The notes: generated by a model from the sequence alone, not told the origin. A stretch of 64,000 nucleotides of DNA from an uncultured Kiritimatiellota bacterium (GCA_934635045.1 CAKTZA010000003.1:13143-77142); one strand, 5' to 3'. Positions 46,354 through 56,995 are shown, numbered from the stretch's first letter. Made by a program: numbers and translations.

Positions 46354-48612
46354 ATGAACGCAGAAGCAAAGCAAAAGCTGATGGAAATGGCCGCGCGTAT
46401 CCGCGAGATGCGCGAGATCATCGGCTATACGGTCGAACAGATGGCGGAGAAGACCGAGGTTTCGGTCGAGGACTACAAGGCGGTTGAGGCGGGGCTCGTC
46501 GATCCGACGTTCAACTTCCTTCACCAGTGCGCGATCGTTTTCGGCATCGACATCAATGCGCTTCTGAAGGGCCACAGCGCCCATCTCTCCGGCTATGAGG
46601 TGACGCGCGCGGGGCAGGGCCCGCTCACGGCCCACGAGTCGCACATGGACATCCGCAACCAGGCGGCGATGTTCCGCGACCGCCTCGGCACGCCCTACTG
46701 GGTCACGTATCGGTATGACCCGACGCTCCTCGAACAGCCGATCGCGACGACGACCCACGGCGGGCAGGAGTTCGACCTCGTGCTGAAGGGCTCGATGAAG
46801 ATTCGCGTCGGCGAGCACGTCGAGGAGCTCAGGGAGGGCGACTCGATCTACTACCGCTCCTCGACGCCGCACGGCATGGTCGCGACCGACCCGAACGGCG
46901 TCACGTTCCTCGCGATGGTGATGGCGGGCGAGGGCGGCGACACGCACCTCGGCCTGGAGACGGTGCGCCCGCAGTCGCAGAAGGTTCCGCTCGTCGTGGA
47001 CAAGTTCGTGGAGACCGACGAGGATCTCGCCGGGCGTCTCCTGCACGTGCGCTTCAAGAACACGGAGCGGTTCAACTTCGCGTTCGACATCGTGGACGCG
47101 ATTGCCGCGAAGTACCCGGAGAAGCTGGCGATGCTGCACGTCTCCGACCACCTGACGGAGCGGCGGTTCACGTTCAGGGACATCTCCGAGACGTCGAACC
47201 AGATCGCGAACTACTTCCTCTCGCTCGGCATCGGCAGGGGCGACAAGGTGATGCTCGTGCTGAAGCGCCACTACCAGTACTGGCCGACGATCCTCGCGCT
47301 GCACAAGATCGGCGCGGTCGTGATTCCCGCCGTGAGCCAGCTCCTCGTGCACGACTTCGAGTACCGCTTCAAGGCGGCGGACGTGAAGGCGCTCGTCTGC
47401 ACGGCGGACGGCGACGTGGCCGCCGAGGCCGAGAAGGCCGAGACGCAGCCGGCGATCCGGATGATCGTCAACGGGGACAGGCCCGGCTGGCGGTCGTTCG
47501 ACCGGGAGTACGTCGGCTTCTCGCGCGTGTACGGGCGGCGTCCCGACGCGCCGGGCGGCAAGGACCCGATGCTCATGTTCTTCACGAGCGGCACGACGGG
47601 CTATCCGAAGATGGCGCTGCACAGCCACCTCTACGGCCTCGGCCACTACGTGACGGCGAAGTACTGGCACCAGGTCGAGCGCGACGGGCTTCACTTCACG
47701 ATTTCCGAGACGGGCTGGGCGAAGGCGAGCTGGGGCAAGCTCTATGGGCAGTGGATGTGCGAGGGCGCGCTCTTCGTCTACGACTTCTCGCGCTTCCACG
47801 CCGAGAGGATCCTGCCGATGTTCGCGCAGTACAGGATCACGACGTTCTGCGCGCCGCCGACGATGTACCGCATGCTCATCAAGGAGGACATCTCGAAGTA
47901 CGACTTCAGCTCCGTCCACCACGCGACGACGGCGGGCGAGGCGCTGAACCCGGAGGTCTTCACGCAGTTCAAGCGGGCGACGGGCCTCTCGATCTACGAG
48001 GGCTTCGGCCAGACCGAGACGACCTGCGCGCTCGCGACGCTCTTCGGCGACGAGATCAAGCCCGGCGCGATGGGCAAGCCCGTGCCGGACTACGACATCG
48101 ACCTCGTGGACGCGGACGGCAAGAGCGTGCCGCCCGGCGAGCACGGCGAGATCGTCGTGCGGACGCCGCGCGACAACCCGCACCCCGGCATCTTCCTCGG
48201 CTACTACAAGGACGAGGAGAAGACGGCGGACGCCTGGCGGCAGGGGATGTACCACACGGGCGACCTCGCGTGGAAGGACGAGGACAACTACTACCACTAC
48301 GTCGGCCGCGCCGACGACGTGATCAAGTCGTCCGGCTACCGCATCGGCCCGTTCGAGATCGAGAACGTCATCATGGAACTCCCCTACGTCGTCGAGTGCG
48401 GCGTGTCGGCGGCGCCTGACCCCGTGCGCGGGCAGGTCGTCAAGGCGACGATCAAGCTCGTGAAGGGCAAGGAGCCGACCGAGGAGCTCAAGAAGGAGAT
48501 CCAGTCCTACGTGAAGACGCACACCGCGCCGTACAAGTACCCGCGCATCGTCGTCTTCAAGGACGAGCTCCCGAAGACCGTCTCGGGCAAGATCCAGAGG
48601 AACCTGCTGTAA
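46354..48612 (+). CDS. Fusion protein: XRE-type HTH + cupin domain + AMP-forming acyl-CoA synthetase/ligase
   Basis: HTH-like IREMREIIGYTVEQMAEKTEVSVEDYKAVEAG. Cupin HGGQEFDLVLKGSMKIRVGEHVEELREGDSIYY. AMP-binding motifs MFFTSGTTGYPK, YHTGDLAWKDEDNYYHYVGRADDVIKSSGYRIGPFEIE, PKTVSGKIQR. Confidence 0.8.
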   Translation: MNAEAKQKLMEMAARIREMREIIGYTVEQMAEKTEVSVEDYKAVEAGLVDPTFNFLHQCAIVFGIDINALLKGHSAHLSGYEVTRAGQGPLTAHESHMDIRNQAAMFRDRLGTPYWVTYRYDPTLLEQPIATTTHGGQEFDLVLKGSMKIRVGEHVEELREGDSIYYRSSTPHGMVATDPNGVTFLAMVMAGEGGDTHLGLETVRPQSQKVPLVVDKFVETDEDLAGRLLHVRFKNTERFNFAFDIVDAIAAKYPEKLAMLHVSDHLTERRFTFRDISETSNQIANYFLSLGIGRGDKVMLVLKRHYQYWPTILALHKIGAVVIPAVSQLLVHDFEYRFKAADVKALVCTADGDVAAEAEKAETQPAIRMIVNGDRPGWRSFDREYVGFSRVYGRRPDAPGGKDPMLMFFTSGTTGYPKMALHSHLYGLGHYVTAKYWHQVERDGLHFTISETGWAKASWGKLYGQWMCEGALFVYDFSRFHAERILPMFAQYRITTFCAPPTMYRMLIKEDISKYDFSSVHHATTAGEALNPEVFTQFKRATGLSIYEGFGQTETTCALATLFGDEIKPGAMGKPVPDYDIDLVDADGKSVPPGEHGEIVVRTPRDNPHPGIFLGYYKDEEKTADAWRQGMYHTGDLAWKDEDNYYHYVGRADDVIKSSGYRIGPFEIENVIMELPYVVECGVSAAPDPVRGQVVKATIKLVKGKEPTEELKKEIQSYVKTHTAPYKYPRIVVFKDELPKTVSGKIQRNLL

Positions 48613-50693
48613 TGAAAACGTATCTCGGCATCGACATCGGCTCGACGACCTTCAAGGCCGTCCTTCTCTCGGAAGACGGCAAGGTCTTGCGCTCCGTCTA
48701 CAAGCGCACGCAGCCCGTCGAGGCCGGCAAGGTCGCCTGCACGGGCCGCTGCAGCGCGTGCGGCTGCTGTTCGGGCGGCGCGGTGAAGCGCCTCGCGCTG
48801 GAGTTCCTGAAGGTCGCCGGCACGAGCTTCGACAAGATTTCCGCGATCGTCGTCACGGGCAGCCAGATCGTCGAGGACACGAAGCGGTTCATCCCCTACG
48901 ACTTCCAGGTCAGCGAGGTGACGGCGCACGTCGCGGGCGCGAAGTTCCTGCACCCCGACGTCGACGCGATCATCGACTGCGGCGGGCAAGACTCGAAGTG
49001 CATGGTCTACAACCCGCCGATGAACCTCTGGACGAGCATGATGAGCGGCGTCTGCGCGGCGGGCACGGGCAGTTTCCTCGACTCCGTCGCCCAGAAGCTC
49101 GGCGTGAAGATCGAGGACGTCGCCGACCGCGTGAACTACGACTCGAAGACCGAGTTCAGCTCCGTCTGCGCCGTCCTCTCGGCGACGTCGATCAACAAGT
49201 TCAAGAATCGCGTGCCGATCGGCGACCTGCTCGCCGGCGCGTGCAAGGCCCAGGCGCGGACGATCCTCAACTCGGTCGGCCAGCTGCTCCTGAACGCCCC
49301 CGGCCGCAAGATCCTCTTCCAGGGCGGCGTCGCGTTCAACAAGGCCGTCGCCTACTTCCTCGGCAAGCTCACCGGCAGCGAGATCATCATCCCGCAGTAC
49401 CACGAGGTCATGGGCGCCCTCGGCGCGGCCGTCATCGCCAAGCAGCTCGACGGCCTGAAGGACACCGGCAAGCTCGACCTCGCGAAGGTCGAGTACGAGC
49501 CGACGCGCGGCAAGTCCGTCCTCCTGCGCATCAAGTCGACGAAGCACGACTTCTTCTCGAAGGACGCGTCGAAGCCGCTCGTCTGGCGCAACCTCTTCTT
49601 CCCGACGGAGATCCTGAACGCGATGGACTGCCGCGTGCGGACGCTGGAGACGTACGCCGCACTCTTCGGCCGCCGGGCGGACAAGGTGAAGGAGGCCCTC
49701 GGCCGCGCCGCGCAGAAGGGCTTCGACGGCCAGACCTGCTCGTTCCTCCGCATGCTGGAGGGCATGGATCTCGACCGGCCCGACTTCATCGTCTCGACCG
49801 TCCAGCCGTGCCAGCAGGCCGAGCGCGTCTTCGCCGACCTCGCGCGCGAATACAAGATCTCCGATCGGCTCTACTCGCTGCAGACGCCGATCAACGCGCA
49901 CTCGCGCAACGCGATCGAGATGATGGCGGACGGGCTTGCCGAGGCCGTCTCGGAGATGGAGAAGGCGTTCGGGCGCAAGCTCGATCCGGCGCGGCTCGAG
50001 GAGGCGTGCGTCCTCTCGAACGAGGCGGCCGCGCTCGCGAAGAAGTGCCAGGAGCTCCGCTTCACGTCGCCGCCGCTCGTGCGCGGCAGCGAGGCGGTCT
50101 ACAACGCGATCGTCTTCTCGCAGCTCTGGGGTCGGCAGGAGCTCGTCGACATCCAGAAGGCGTATCTCGAAGAGCTGCTGATGAAGAAGGAATGGGCCGA
50201 GAAGCGCTACGCGATCGACGACACGCACCGCCTCCTCTGGCTGCACCTGCCGCCGTTCTACGACACGCGGCACCTCGACTACATCGAGACGACCTGCAAC
50301 GCGCCGATCGTCTTCGAGGAGACGAACTTCGTCGGCTGGGATCCGCTCGACCCGAAGGACCCGTACCGCTCGCTCGCGAAGAAGCTGCTGCAGTCGGGCT
50401 TCCTCGACCCGGAGTTGCGCGTCTCGTACGTCAAGCGCGCCGTGCCGGCGGGCCAGTTCAACGGCGTCATCCTCTACACGCACGGGTTCGGGCGCTGCTC
50501 GCTCGCCGACCGTGCGCTCTCGAAGCACCTGCGCGAGGAGCTGGACTCGATCAACGTGCCGCTCCTGACGCTGGAGGGCGACTGCATGGACGCCTCCATC
50601 GACCCGTGCTCGACGGTGACGAAGATCGCCTCGTTCGTCGAGGCGCTGAACGTCAACCGCTACGGCAACATCTTCGGCAAGGTCAAGGCCTGA
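48612..50693 (+). CDS. Fusion of a BcrAD/BadFG-type ATPase (2-hydroxyacyl-CoA dehydratase activase-like) with a dehydratase (HgdB/D-component-like) domain
   Basis: TAATG overlap with the upstream stop. LGIDIGSTTFKAV, DCGGQDSKC, GVCAAGTGSFLD, FQGGVAFNKAV. The C-terminal ~400 aa is dehydratase-like. An extra Cys cluster CTGRCSACGCCSG is present. Confidence 0.7.
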   Translation: MKTYLGIDIGSTTFKAVLLSEDGKVLRSVYKRTQPVEAGKVACTGRCSACGCCSGGAVKRLALEFLKVAGTSFDKISAIVVTGSQIVEDTKRFIPYDFQVSEVTAHVAGAKFLHPDVDAIIDCGGQDSKCMVYNPPMNLWTSMMSGVCAAGTGSFLDSVAQKLGVKIEDVADRVNYDSKTEFSSVCAVLSATSINKFKNRVPIGDLLAGACKAQARTILNSVGQLLLNAPGRKILFQGGVAFNKAVAYFLGKLTGSEIIIPQYHEVMGALGAAVIAKQLDGLKDTGKLDLAKVEYEPTRGKSVLLRIKSTKHDFFSKDASKPLVWRNLFFPTEILNAMDCRVRTLETYAALFGRRADKVKEALGRAAQKGFDGQTCSFLRMLEGMDLDRPDFIVSTVQPCQQAERVFADLAREYKISDRLYSLQTPINAHSRNAIEMMADGLAEAVSEMEKAFGRKLDPARLEEACVLSNEAAALAKKCQELRFTSPPLVRGSEAVYNAIVFSQLWGRQELVDIQKAYLEELLMKKEWAEKRYAIDDTHRLLWLHLPPFYDTRHLDYIETTCNAPIVFEETNFVGWDPLDPKDPYRSLAKKLLQSGFLDPELRVSYVKRAVPAGQFNGVILYTHGFGRCSLADRALSKHLREELDSINVPLLTLEGDCMDASIDPCSTVTKIASFVEALNVNRYGNIFGKVKA

Positions 50694-50700
50694 ACGTCGC

Positions 50701-53148
50701 ATGGCCGCCGAACTGACACCGATGATGCGGCAGTACCTCGCGATCAAGCGCGAGGTGCCGCCGGGCGCGATCGTCATGTTCCGCCTCGGCGACTTCTACG
50801 AGATGTTCGGCGAGGACGCGATCGTCGCCTCGCCGATCCTCGGCGCGACGCTCACGCACCGCAACGGCCAGCCGATGTGCGGCGTGCCGCACCATGCGCT
50901 CAACGCCTACCTCGCGAAGCTCATCCGCGCGGGGAAGACCGCCGCCCTCTGCGACCAGGTGGAGGATCCGAAGACCGCGAAGGGGCTTGTGCGTCGCGAG
51001 GTGACGCGCATCGTCACGCCCGGCACCGTCACGGAGGACGGGCTGCTCGACGAGACGACGAACAACTACGTCGCGGCCGTCTCGGGCCTGGGGCTCGCGC
51101 TCCTCGACCTCTCGACGGGCGAGTTCGTCGTGGAGCCGTTCGCGTCGCAGGAAAAGCTCGACGAGGCGCTTGCGCGCGACTGCCCCGCCGAACTGCTGAA
51201 GCCGACGGACGCGAACAGCTGGACGTTCTCGCTGGACGCGGCGTGGGACTGCCTGACGCGCCACTTCAAGGTTCTCGCGCTCGACGGCTTCGGCCTCACG
51301 GGGCGGCCCGACCTCATCTGCGCCGCCGGCGCGCTGCTCTACTACGTCGGGACGACCCTGCACCACTCGCTCGGCCATGTTCGCAAGGTGCGCATCCGCC
51401 AGTCCGACGACGGGCTCGTGCTCGATTCGGGGACGCTGCGCCACCTGCAGCTCCTGCCGGGCGGGGACGTCGCGAAAGACGCCTCGCTGCTCGGCGTCCT
51501 CGACGTCACGAAGACGCCGATGGGCGCGCGGACACTGCGCAACTGGATCGCGCGGCCCTTGGCGCGCGCGGCGGACGTGAACGCGCGGCTCGACGCCGTG
51601 CAGGCGTTCGTGGACGACCGCGCCGCGCTTGCGCACCTGCGCAGCCAGCTGACGGGCGTCCGGGATTTGGAGCGGCTGGTCGCCAAGGTCGATTCCGGCC
51701 GCGCGAACCCGCGCGATTTGAAGGGCCTCGCCGCGTCGCTCCGCCCGATCCCGGAAATCTTGACGCGGCTGGGTGACATGAGAGACGAGAGCGACGCGCG
51801 GCCTCAGGTCTCTCACGCCCCTCTTGCCGCTCACGTCAAGAATCTTTCTCCCCAGCCCGACATCGTTTCGCTCATTGACCGCGCGATTGCCGAAGACCCG
51901 CCGGTGATGCTGTCCGACGGCGGCTTCATCGCGTCCGGCCATTCGGCGGAGCTGGACGAGCTGCGGCAGACCGCGACGGAGGGCCGCCAGTGGATCGCCG
52001 AGTTCCAGGCGCGCGAACAGCAGCGCACGGGCATCGCGAAGCTGAAGGTGAAGCACGTGCCCGCCTTCGGGTTCCTGATCGAGATCCCGAAGGCGTCTGT
52101 CGCGCAGGCCCCGGCGGACTACATCCGGCGGCAGACGCTGACGACGGGCGAGCGGTACGTGACGCCCGAGCTGAAGGAATACGAGCAGAAGGTGCTTGGC
52201 GCGCACGACCGGGCCGTCGCGCTGGAGCAGAAGCTCTACAAGGAGATCCTGGCGACGATCGCGGCGAAGACGGTCGAGATCCAGGAGACGTCCCTCGCGC
52301 TCGGCGCGCTCGACGCGACGCTCGCCCTCGCCGACCGCGCGCTCGCGGCGGGCTACGTGCGCCCCGACGTGGACGACTCGGACGTGCTGGAGATCGTCGA
52401 CGGGCGGCATCCGATCGTCGAGCAGCTGCCGGACGCGGAGCCGTTCGTGCCGAACGGCGCGTTCCTCAACACGACGACCGACCAGATCATGCTCATCACC
52501 GGGCCGAACATGGCCGGCAAGTCGACGTACATCCGCCAGGTCGCGACGCTCGCCGTGATGGCGCAGATGGGCTCGTTCGTGCCGGCGGCGAAGATGCGCC
52601 TCGGCGTCCTCGACCGCGTCTTCACGCGCATCGGCGCGGGCGACGACCTCGCGCGCGGGCGCTCGACGTTCCTCGTCGAGATGCAGGAGACGGCGAACAT
52701 CCTCAACAACGCGACGCCGAAGTCGCTCATCGTCCTTGACGAGATCGGGCGCGGCACGTCGACGTTCGACGGCATCTCGATCGCGTGGTCGGTCGCGGAG
52801 TATCTCTACGGCAAGGCGCAGGCGAAGGCGAAGACGCTCTTCGCGACGCACTACCACGAGCTCACCGACCTTGCGGACACGTTCCCCGGCATCAAGAACT
52901 ACACGGTGAAGGTGAAGGAAGAGGGCGGGCGCGTCGTCTTCCTGCGGCGGATCGCCCCCGGCGTCGCCGAGAAGAGCTTCGGCATCCACGTCGGCGCGAT
53001 GGCGGGGCTGCCGGCGGAAGTCGTCGCGCGCGCGGGCGAGATCCTGAAGAACCTGGAGGCGAATGAGCTTGACGTGAACGCGCCGAAGGCCGTGCGCAAG
53101 CCGCGCCGCCGCCTCTCGGACATGCCGGGGCAGATGACGTTCTTCTGA
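50701..53148 (+). CDS. mutS: DNA mismatch repair protein MutS
   Basis: TPMMRQYLAIKRE...MFRLGDFYEMFGEDA, ITGPNMAGKSTYIRQ (Walker A), LIVLDEIGRGTSTFDGISIA, FATHYHELT. Confidence 0.95.
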   Translation: MAAELTPMMRQYLAIKREVPPGAIVMFRLGDFYEMFGEDAIVASPILGATLTHRNGQPMCGVPHHALNAYLAKLIRAGKTAALCDQVEDPKTAKGLVRREVTRIVTPGTVTEDGLLDETTNNYVAAVSGLGLALLDLSTGEFVVEPFASQEKLDEALARDCPAELLKPTDANSWTFSLDAAWDCLTRHFKVLALDGFGLTGRPDLICAAGALLYYVGTTLHHSLGHVRKVRIRQSDDGLVLDSGTLRHLQLLPGGDVAKDASLLGVLDVTKTPMGARTLRNWIARPLARAADVNARLDAVQAFVDDRAALAHLRSQLTGVRDLERLVAKVDSGRANPRDLKGLAASLRPIPEILTRLGDMRDESDARPQVSHAPLAAHVKNLSPQPDIVSLIDRAIAEDPPVMLSDGGFIASGHSAELDELRQTATEGRQWIAEFQAREQQRTGIAKLKVKHVPAFGFLIEIPKASVAQAPADYIRRQTLTTGERYVTPELKEYEQKVLGAHDRAVALEQKLYKEILATIAAKTVEIQETSLALGALDATLALADRALAAGYVRPDVDDSDVLEIVDGRHPIVEQLPDAEPFVPNGAFLNTTTDQIMLITGPNMAGKSTYIRQVATLAVMAQMGSFVPAAKMRLGVLDRVFTRIGAGDDLARGRSTFLVEMQETANILNNATPKSLIVLDEIGRGTSTFDGISIAWSVAEYLYGKAQAKAKTLFATHYHELTDLADTFPGIKNYTVKVKEEGGRVVFLRRIAPGVAEKSFGIHVGAMAGLPAEVVARAGEILKNLEANELDVNAPKAVRKPRRRLSDMPGQMTFF

Positions 53149-53178
53149 CGCGGCCGTTTGAATTCGGCGGCGGATTTG

Positions 53179-53187
53179 TGGTATAAT
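53179..53187 (+). promoter_or_regulatory. Extended -10 promoter (TGgTATAAT), 7 nt upstream of ATG 53195 (leaderless)
   Basis: cggattTGTGGTATAAT tcgaccc ATG. Confidence 0.5.
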
Positions 53188-53194
53188 TCGACCC

Positions 53195-54496
53195 ATGTTC
53201 AACAACAAGGTGTACCATAAGATCGACGCCCTCTCGGGGTCGGTCGCCACGCTTCGCGCCGAGGGCGTGAAGTACAACGAGATCGCCGAAGTCGAGTCGC
53301 GCGCGGGCACGTCCCTCGCGCAGGTCATCAAGCTCGACGGGCCGAACGTGACGCTCCAGGTCTTCGCCGGGGCGCGCGGCGTCGACACGGCCGCGCGCGT
53401 GCGCTTCCTCGGCGAGACGATGAAGGTTCCCTTTTCGCACGACCTCCTCGGCCGCGCGTTCACCGGCGCGGGCGTGCCGCGCGACGGCGGCCCGACGATC
53501 GAGGGCGAGATGTCGCCGATCGGCCAGCCGTCGGTGAACCCGGCGAAGCGCATCATGCCGCACGAGATGGTGCGCACGAACATCCCGATGATCGACCTCT
53601 TCAACTCGCTCGTGAAGTCGCAGAAGCTGCCGATCTTCGCGCGGGCGGGCGAGCCGTACAACGAGCTTCTTGCGCGCATCGCGCTGCAGGCCGACTCGGA
53701 CGTGATCGTCATCGGCGGGATGGGGCTGAAGTACGACGAGTACCTGAAGTTCCGCGCGACGCTCGACCAGTCCGGCGCGCTCGCGAAGACGGTCATGTTC
53801 GTCCACACGGCGGCGGACCCGACGGTCGAGTGCATGCTCGTGCCGGACGTCTCGCTCGCCGTCGCCGAGAAGTTCGCGCTGGAGGGGAAGAACGTGCTCG
53901 TCCTCCTGACCGACATGACGTCGTTTGCGGACGCGATGAAGGAAATCGCGATCACGATGGAGCAGATCCCCTCGAACCGCGGCTATCCGGGCGACCTCTA
54001 CTCGCAGCTCGCCGCGCGCTACGAGAAGGCGGTGGATTTCGACGGCGCGGGCTCGATCACGATTCTCGCCGTGACGACGATGCCGGGCGACGACGTCACG
54101 CATCCGGTGCCGGACAACACGGGCTACATCACCGAGGGCCAGTTCTACCTGAAGAACGGGCGCATCGAGCCGTTCGGCTCGCTCTCGCGCCTGAAGCAGC
54201 AGGTCAACAAGGCGACGCGCGAAGACCACCGCACGGTGATGGACGCGATGATCAAGCTCTATGCGCAGTACAAGGAGACGGTCGAGAAGCAGTCGATGGG
54301 CTTCAAGATGAGCGCGTGGGACCAGAAGCTCCTCAAGTACGGGGCGGACTTCGAGCGCGAGATGATGGATCTCTCCGTCAACATTCCGCTGGAGCAGGCG
54401 CTCGACCTCGGCTGGAAGATCCTCGCCGACAACTTCGAGAAGGGCGAGGTCGGCATCCCGTCCAAGCTCGCCGACAAGTTCTGGCCGACCAAGTGA
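53195..54496 (+). CDS. atpB: V/A-type ATP synthase subunit B (non-catalytic), not flanked by other V-ATPase genes
   Basis: Collinear with V-type B subunits as I recall them: [102 protein letters not shown]. Confidence 0.8.
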   Translation: MFNNKVYHKIDALSGSVATLRAEGVKYNEIAEVESRAGTSLAQVIKLDGPNVTLQVFAGARGVDTAARVRFLGETMKVPFSHDLLGRAFTGAGVPRDGGPTIEGEMSPIGQPSVNPAKRIMPHEMVRTNIPMIDLFNSLVKSQKLPIFARAGEPYNELLARIALQADSDVIVIGGMGLKYDEYLKFRATLDQSGALAKTVMFVHTAADPTVECMLVPDVSLAVAEKFALEGKNVLVLLTDMTSFADAMKEIAITMEQIPSNRGYPGDLYSQLAARYEKAVDFDGAGSITILAVTTMPGDDVTHPVPDNTGYITEGQFYLKNGRIEPFGSLSRLKQQVNKATREDHRTVMDAMIKLYAQYKETVEKQSMGFKMSAWDQKLLKYGADFEREMMDLSVNIPLEQALDLGWKILADNFEKGEVGIPSKLADKFWPTK

Positions 54497-54505
54497 AAGG
54501 AACTC

Positions 54506-56269
54506 ATGAAACTTGACCCGACGAAGATGAAGGACTGGCAGATTGCCGAAGCGGCCGAGGCGAACCTGATGCCCGCCGCCGACCTCGTGCAGGAGCTCGG
54601 CATCCAGGACGGCGAATGGGACGCCTACGGAAAGTTCCTCGCGAAAGTGGACGTGACGAAGGTCCTGAAGCGCGTGGGCGCGGGCCGTCGCGGCAAGTAC
54701 ATCGACGTGACGGCGATCACGCCGACGGCGCTCGGCGAGGGCAAGACGACGACGACCTTGGGGCTCGTCGAAGGGCTCGGCCGCCTCGGCAAGAAGGTGA
54801 TCGGCTGCGTGCGCCAGCCGTCGGGCGGACCGACCTTCAACATCAAGGGCTCCGCCGCCGGCGGCGGGCTTGCGCAGGTCGTGCCGCTCACGTCGCTCTC
54901 GCTCGGCCTTACGGGCGACATCGACGCGGTGACGAACGCGAACAACCTCGCGATGGTCGCCCTCAACGCGCGCATGCAGCACGAGCGCAACCACGACGAC
55001 GCCTGGCTCGCCGAACGCGGCCTGAAGCGCCTCGACGTCGATGAGAACCGCATTCCGTTCCGCTGGGCGATGGACTTCTGCGCGCAGGGGCTCCGCAACA
55101 TCGAGATCGGCAAGGGCGGCAAGCTCGACGGCTACACATGCGCGTCCGGCTTCTACATCACCGTCGCCTCGGAGGTGATGGCGATCCTCGCGATGGCCTC
55201 GGATCTGAAGGACCTGCGCGAACGCCTCTCGAAGATCATCGTCGCCTACTCGAAATCGGGCGCGCCCGTCACGACGCGGGATCTGGAGGTCGACGGCGCG
55301 ATGTGCGCGCTGCTCGTGAACGCGATCAAGCCGACGCTGATGCAGTCGCTCGAGGGCCAGCCGATGTTCGTCCATGCGGGGCCGTTCGCGAACATCGCGA
55401 TCGGGCAGAACTCGGTCGTCGCCGACCGCCTCGCGTGTGCGCTCGGCGACTACGTCGTCACGGAGTCCGGCTTCGCGTCCGACATGGGCTTCGAGAAGTT
55501 CTGGAACATCAAGTGCCGCTGCTCGGGGCTGAAGCCCGACGCGGTCGTGCTCGTCGCGACGGTGCGCGCGCTGAAGGCGCACGGCGGCGCGCCGAAGGTC
55601 AAGGCGGGGCTGCCGCTTGACCCGGCCTACACGACGGAGAACCTGGAACTGCTTGAAAAGGGCTGCGACAACCTGCTCGCGCACATCGACATCATCCGCC
55701 GCGCGGGCGTCCAGCCGGTCGTCTGCCTCAACGCCTTCTACACCGACACGCCGGCCGAGCGCGAACTCGTCCGCAAGGTCGCGGAGCGCGCGGGCGCGGC
55801 GTTCGCCGTCTCCGACCACTGGCTCAAGGGCGGGGAGGGCGCGCTCGACCTCGCCCAGGCCGTCATCGCGGCGTGCGACGCGCCGAACGACTTTGCGTAC
55901 CTCTGCGACCTCGCCGAGCCGCTGAAGGACCGCATCGAGAGGCAGGTCAAGGAGATCTACGGCGGCGACGGCGTCGACTACGAGCCGCTGGCGGCGGAGA
56001 AGCTCGCGGCGTTCCAGGCGAACCCCGAGACGGCGCATCTGCCGGTCTGCATGGCGAAGACGCAGTATTCGCTCTCGCACGACCCGAACCTGCTGGGGCG
56101 GCCGAAGGGCTGGCGCCTGCCGGTGCGGGACGTCCTCCTCTATCAGGGCGCGGGGCTGGTCGTCCCGGTCGCGGGCGAGATCAAGCTCATGCCGGGCACG
56201 TCCGCCTCGCCGGCCTTCCGCCGCGTCGACGTCGACGTCGAGACGGGCAAGGTGCGCGGCCTGTTCTGA
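54506..56269 (+). CDS. fhs: Formate--tetrahydrofolate ligase
   Basis: ITPTALGEGKTTTTLGL, PSGGPTFNIKGSAAGGG, FVHAGPFANIAIGQNS, ESGFASDMGFEKF. Confidence 0.95.
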   Translation: MKLDPTKMKDWQIAEAAEANLMPAADLVQELGIQDGEWDAYGKFLAKVDVTKVLKRVGAGRRGKYIDVTAITPTALGEGKTTTTLGLVEGLGRLGKKVIGCVRQPSGGPTFNIKGSAAGGGLAQVVPLTSLSLGLTGDIDAVTNANNLAMVALNARMQHERNHDDAWLAERGLKRLDVDENRIPFRWAMDFCAQGLRNIEIGKGGKLDGYTCASGFYITVASEVMAILAMASDLKDLRERLSKIIVAYSKSGAPVTTRDLEVDGAMCALLVNAIKPTLMQSLEGQPMFVHAGPFANIAIGQNSVVADRLACALGDYVVTESGFASDMGFEKFWNIKCRCSGLKPDAVVLVATVRALKAHGGAPKVKAGLPLDPAYTTENLELLEKGCDNLLAHIDIIRRAGVQPVVCLNAFYTDTPAERELVRKVAERAGAAFAVSDHWLKGGEGALDLAQAVIAACDAPNDFAYLCDLAEPLKDRIERQVKEIYGGDGVDYEPLAAEKLAAFQANPETAHLPVCMAKTQYSLSHDPNLLGRPKGWRLPVRDVLLYQGAGLVVPVAGEIKLMPGTSASPAFRRVDVDVETGKVRGLF

Positions 56270-56293
56270 CGCGGGGCGCGAGAGGCGGACGGG

Positions 56294-56995
56294 ATGGCGG
56301 GCGAGACGGTGAAGTCCGAGGCGATCTGCCTCGCGATCCATCCGTGGTCGCAGACGAGCCACATCGTCACGTGGCTGACGCCGCAGGGGAAGGTCGGCAC
56401 GGTCGTGCGGGGGGCCGTCCGCCCGAAGAGCTTCTTCCTTGGGCAGTACGACCTCAACTACACCTGCGAGATCCTCTACTACGGGCGTGCGCGCGGCGAC
56501 CTGCACGCGCTGCGCGACTGCGTGCCGCTGAACCGCCGCGACGCGCTGCGCGACGACTACCGCGCGCTCGCGCTGGCGGGATACTTCCGGCGGCTCGTGT
56601 CGGACTACGCGCCGTTCGGGCCGGACGGCGCCGACTGGTATGCGCTCCTGTCGGACGCGCTGGATGCGCTGGCGGCGCGCGCGCCGGACGTGCCGCTCGT
56701 GCACCGGCTCCTGCGCTTCGAGCTTGACGTCCTGCACCTTCAGGGGCTTTCGCCTGAGATCGAGGCGGAGGCCGGCGCCTTTCGCCTGCGGGGCGAGCGG
56801 ACGATTCCCGTGTCGCCCGAAGTCGCCGCCTATCTGAGGAATCCGGCGCCAACTGAAAAAAAATCGCGTATCCCCCTTGACGCGGCACGGGTGATTGGTG
56901 TATTCTATCAGTTCCACTTGGACTGTGCCTCCGATGTGCGGCGGACGGTCCTTGCGTTGATTTCGACAAACCAAGAAAGACAAACGAGACAATGA
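56294..56995 (+). CDS. recO: DNA repair protein RecO
   Basis: OB-fold N-terminus [39 protein letters not shown], then the helical region [14 protein letters not shown]...[16 protein letters not shown]. Confidence 0.75.
   Translation: MAGETVKSEAICLAIHPWSQTSHIVTWLTPQGKVGTVVRGAVRPKSFFLGQYDLNYTCEILYYGRARGDLHALRDCVPLNRRDALRDDYRALALAGYFRRLVSDYAPFGPDGADWYALLSDALDALAARAPDVPLVHRLLRFELDVLHLQGLSPEIEAEAGAFRLRGERTIPVSPEVAAYLRNPAPTEKKSRIPLDAARVIGVFYQFHLDCASDVRRTVLALISTNQERQTRQ

Noticed and set aside
52892-56992. 1366-aa ORF on the - strand spanning mutS, atpB, fhs and recO; also 50683..53955 (-)
   Set aside because: It crosses four independently recognisable + strand genes and their intergenic promoters. 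The composition is Arg/Asp/Ala-rich. This is a GC-bias artefact.
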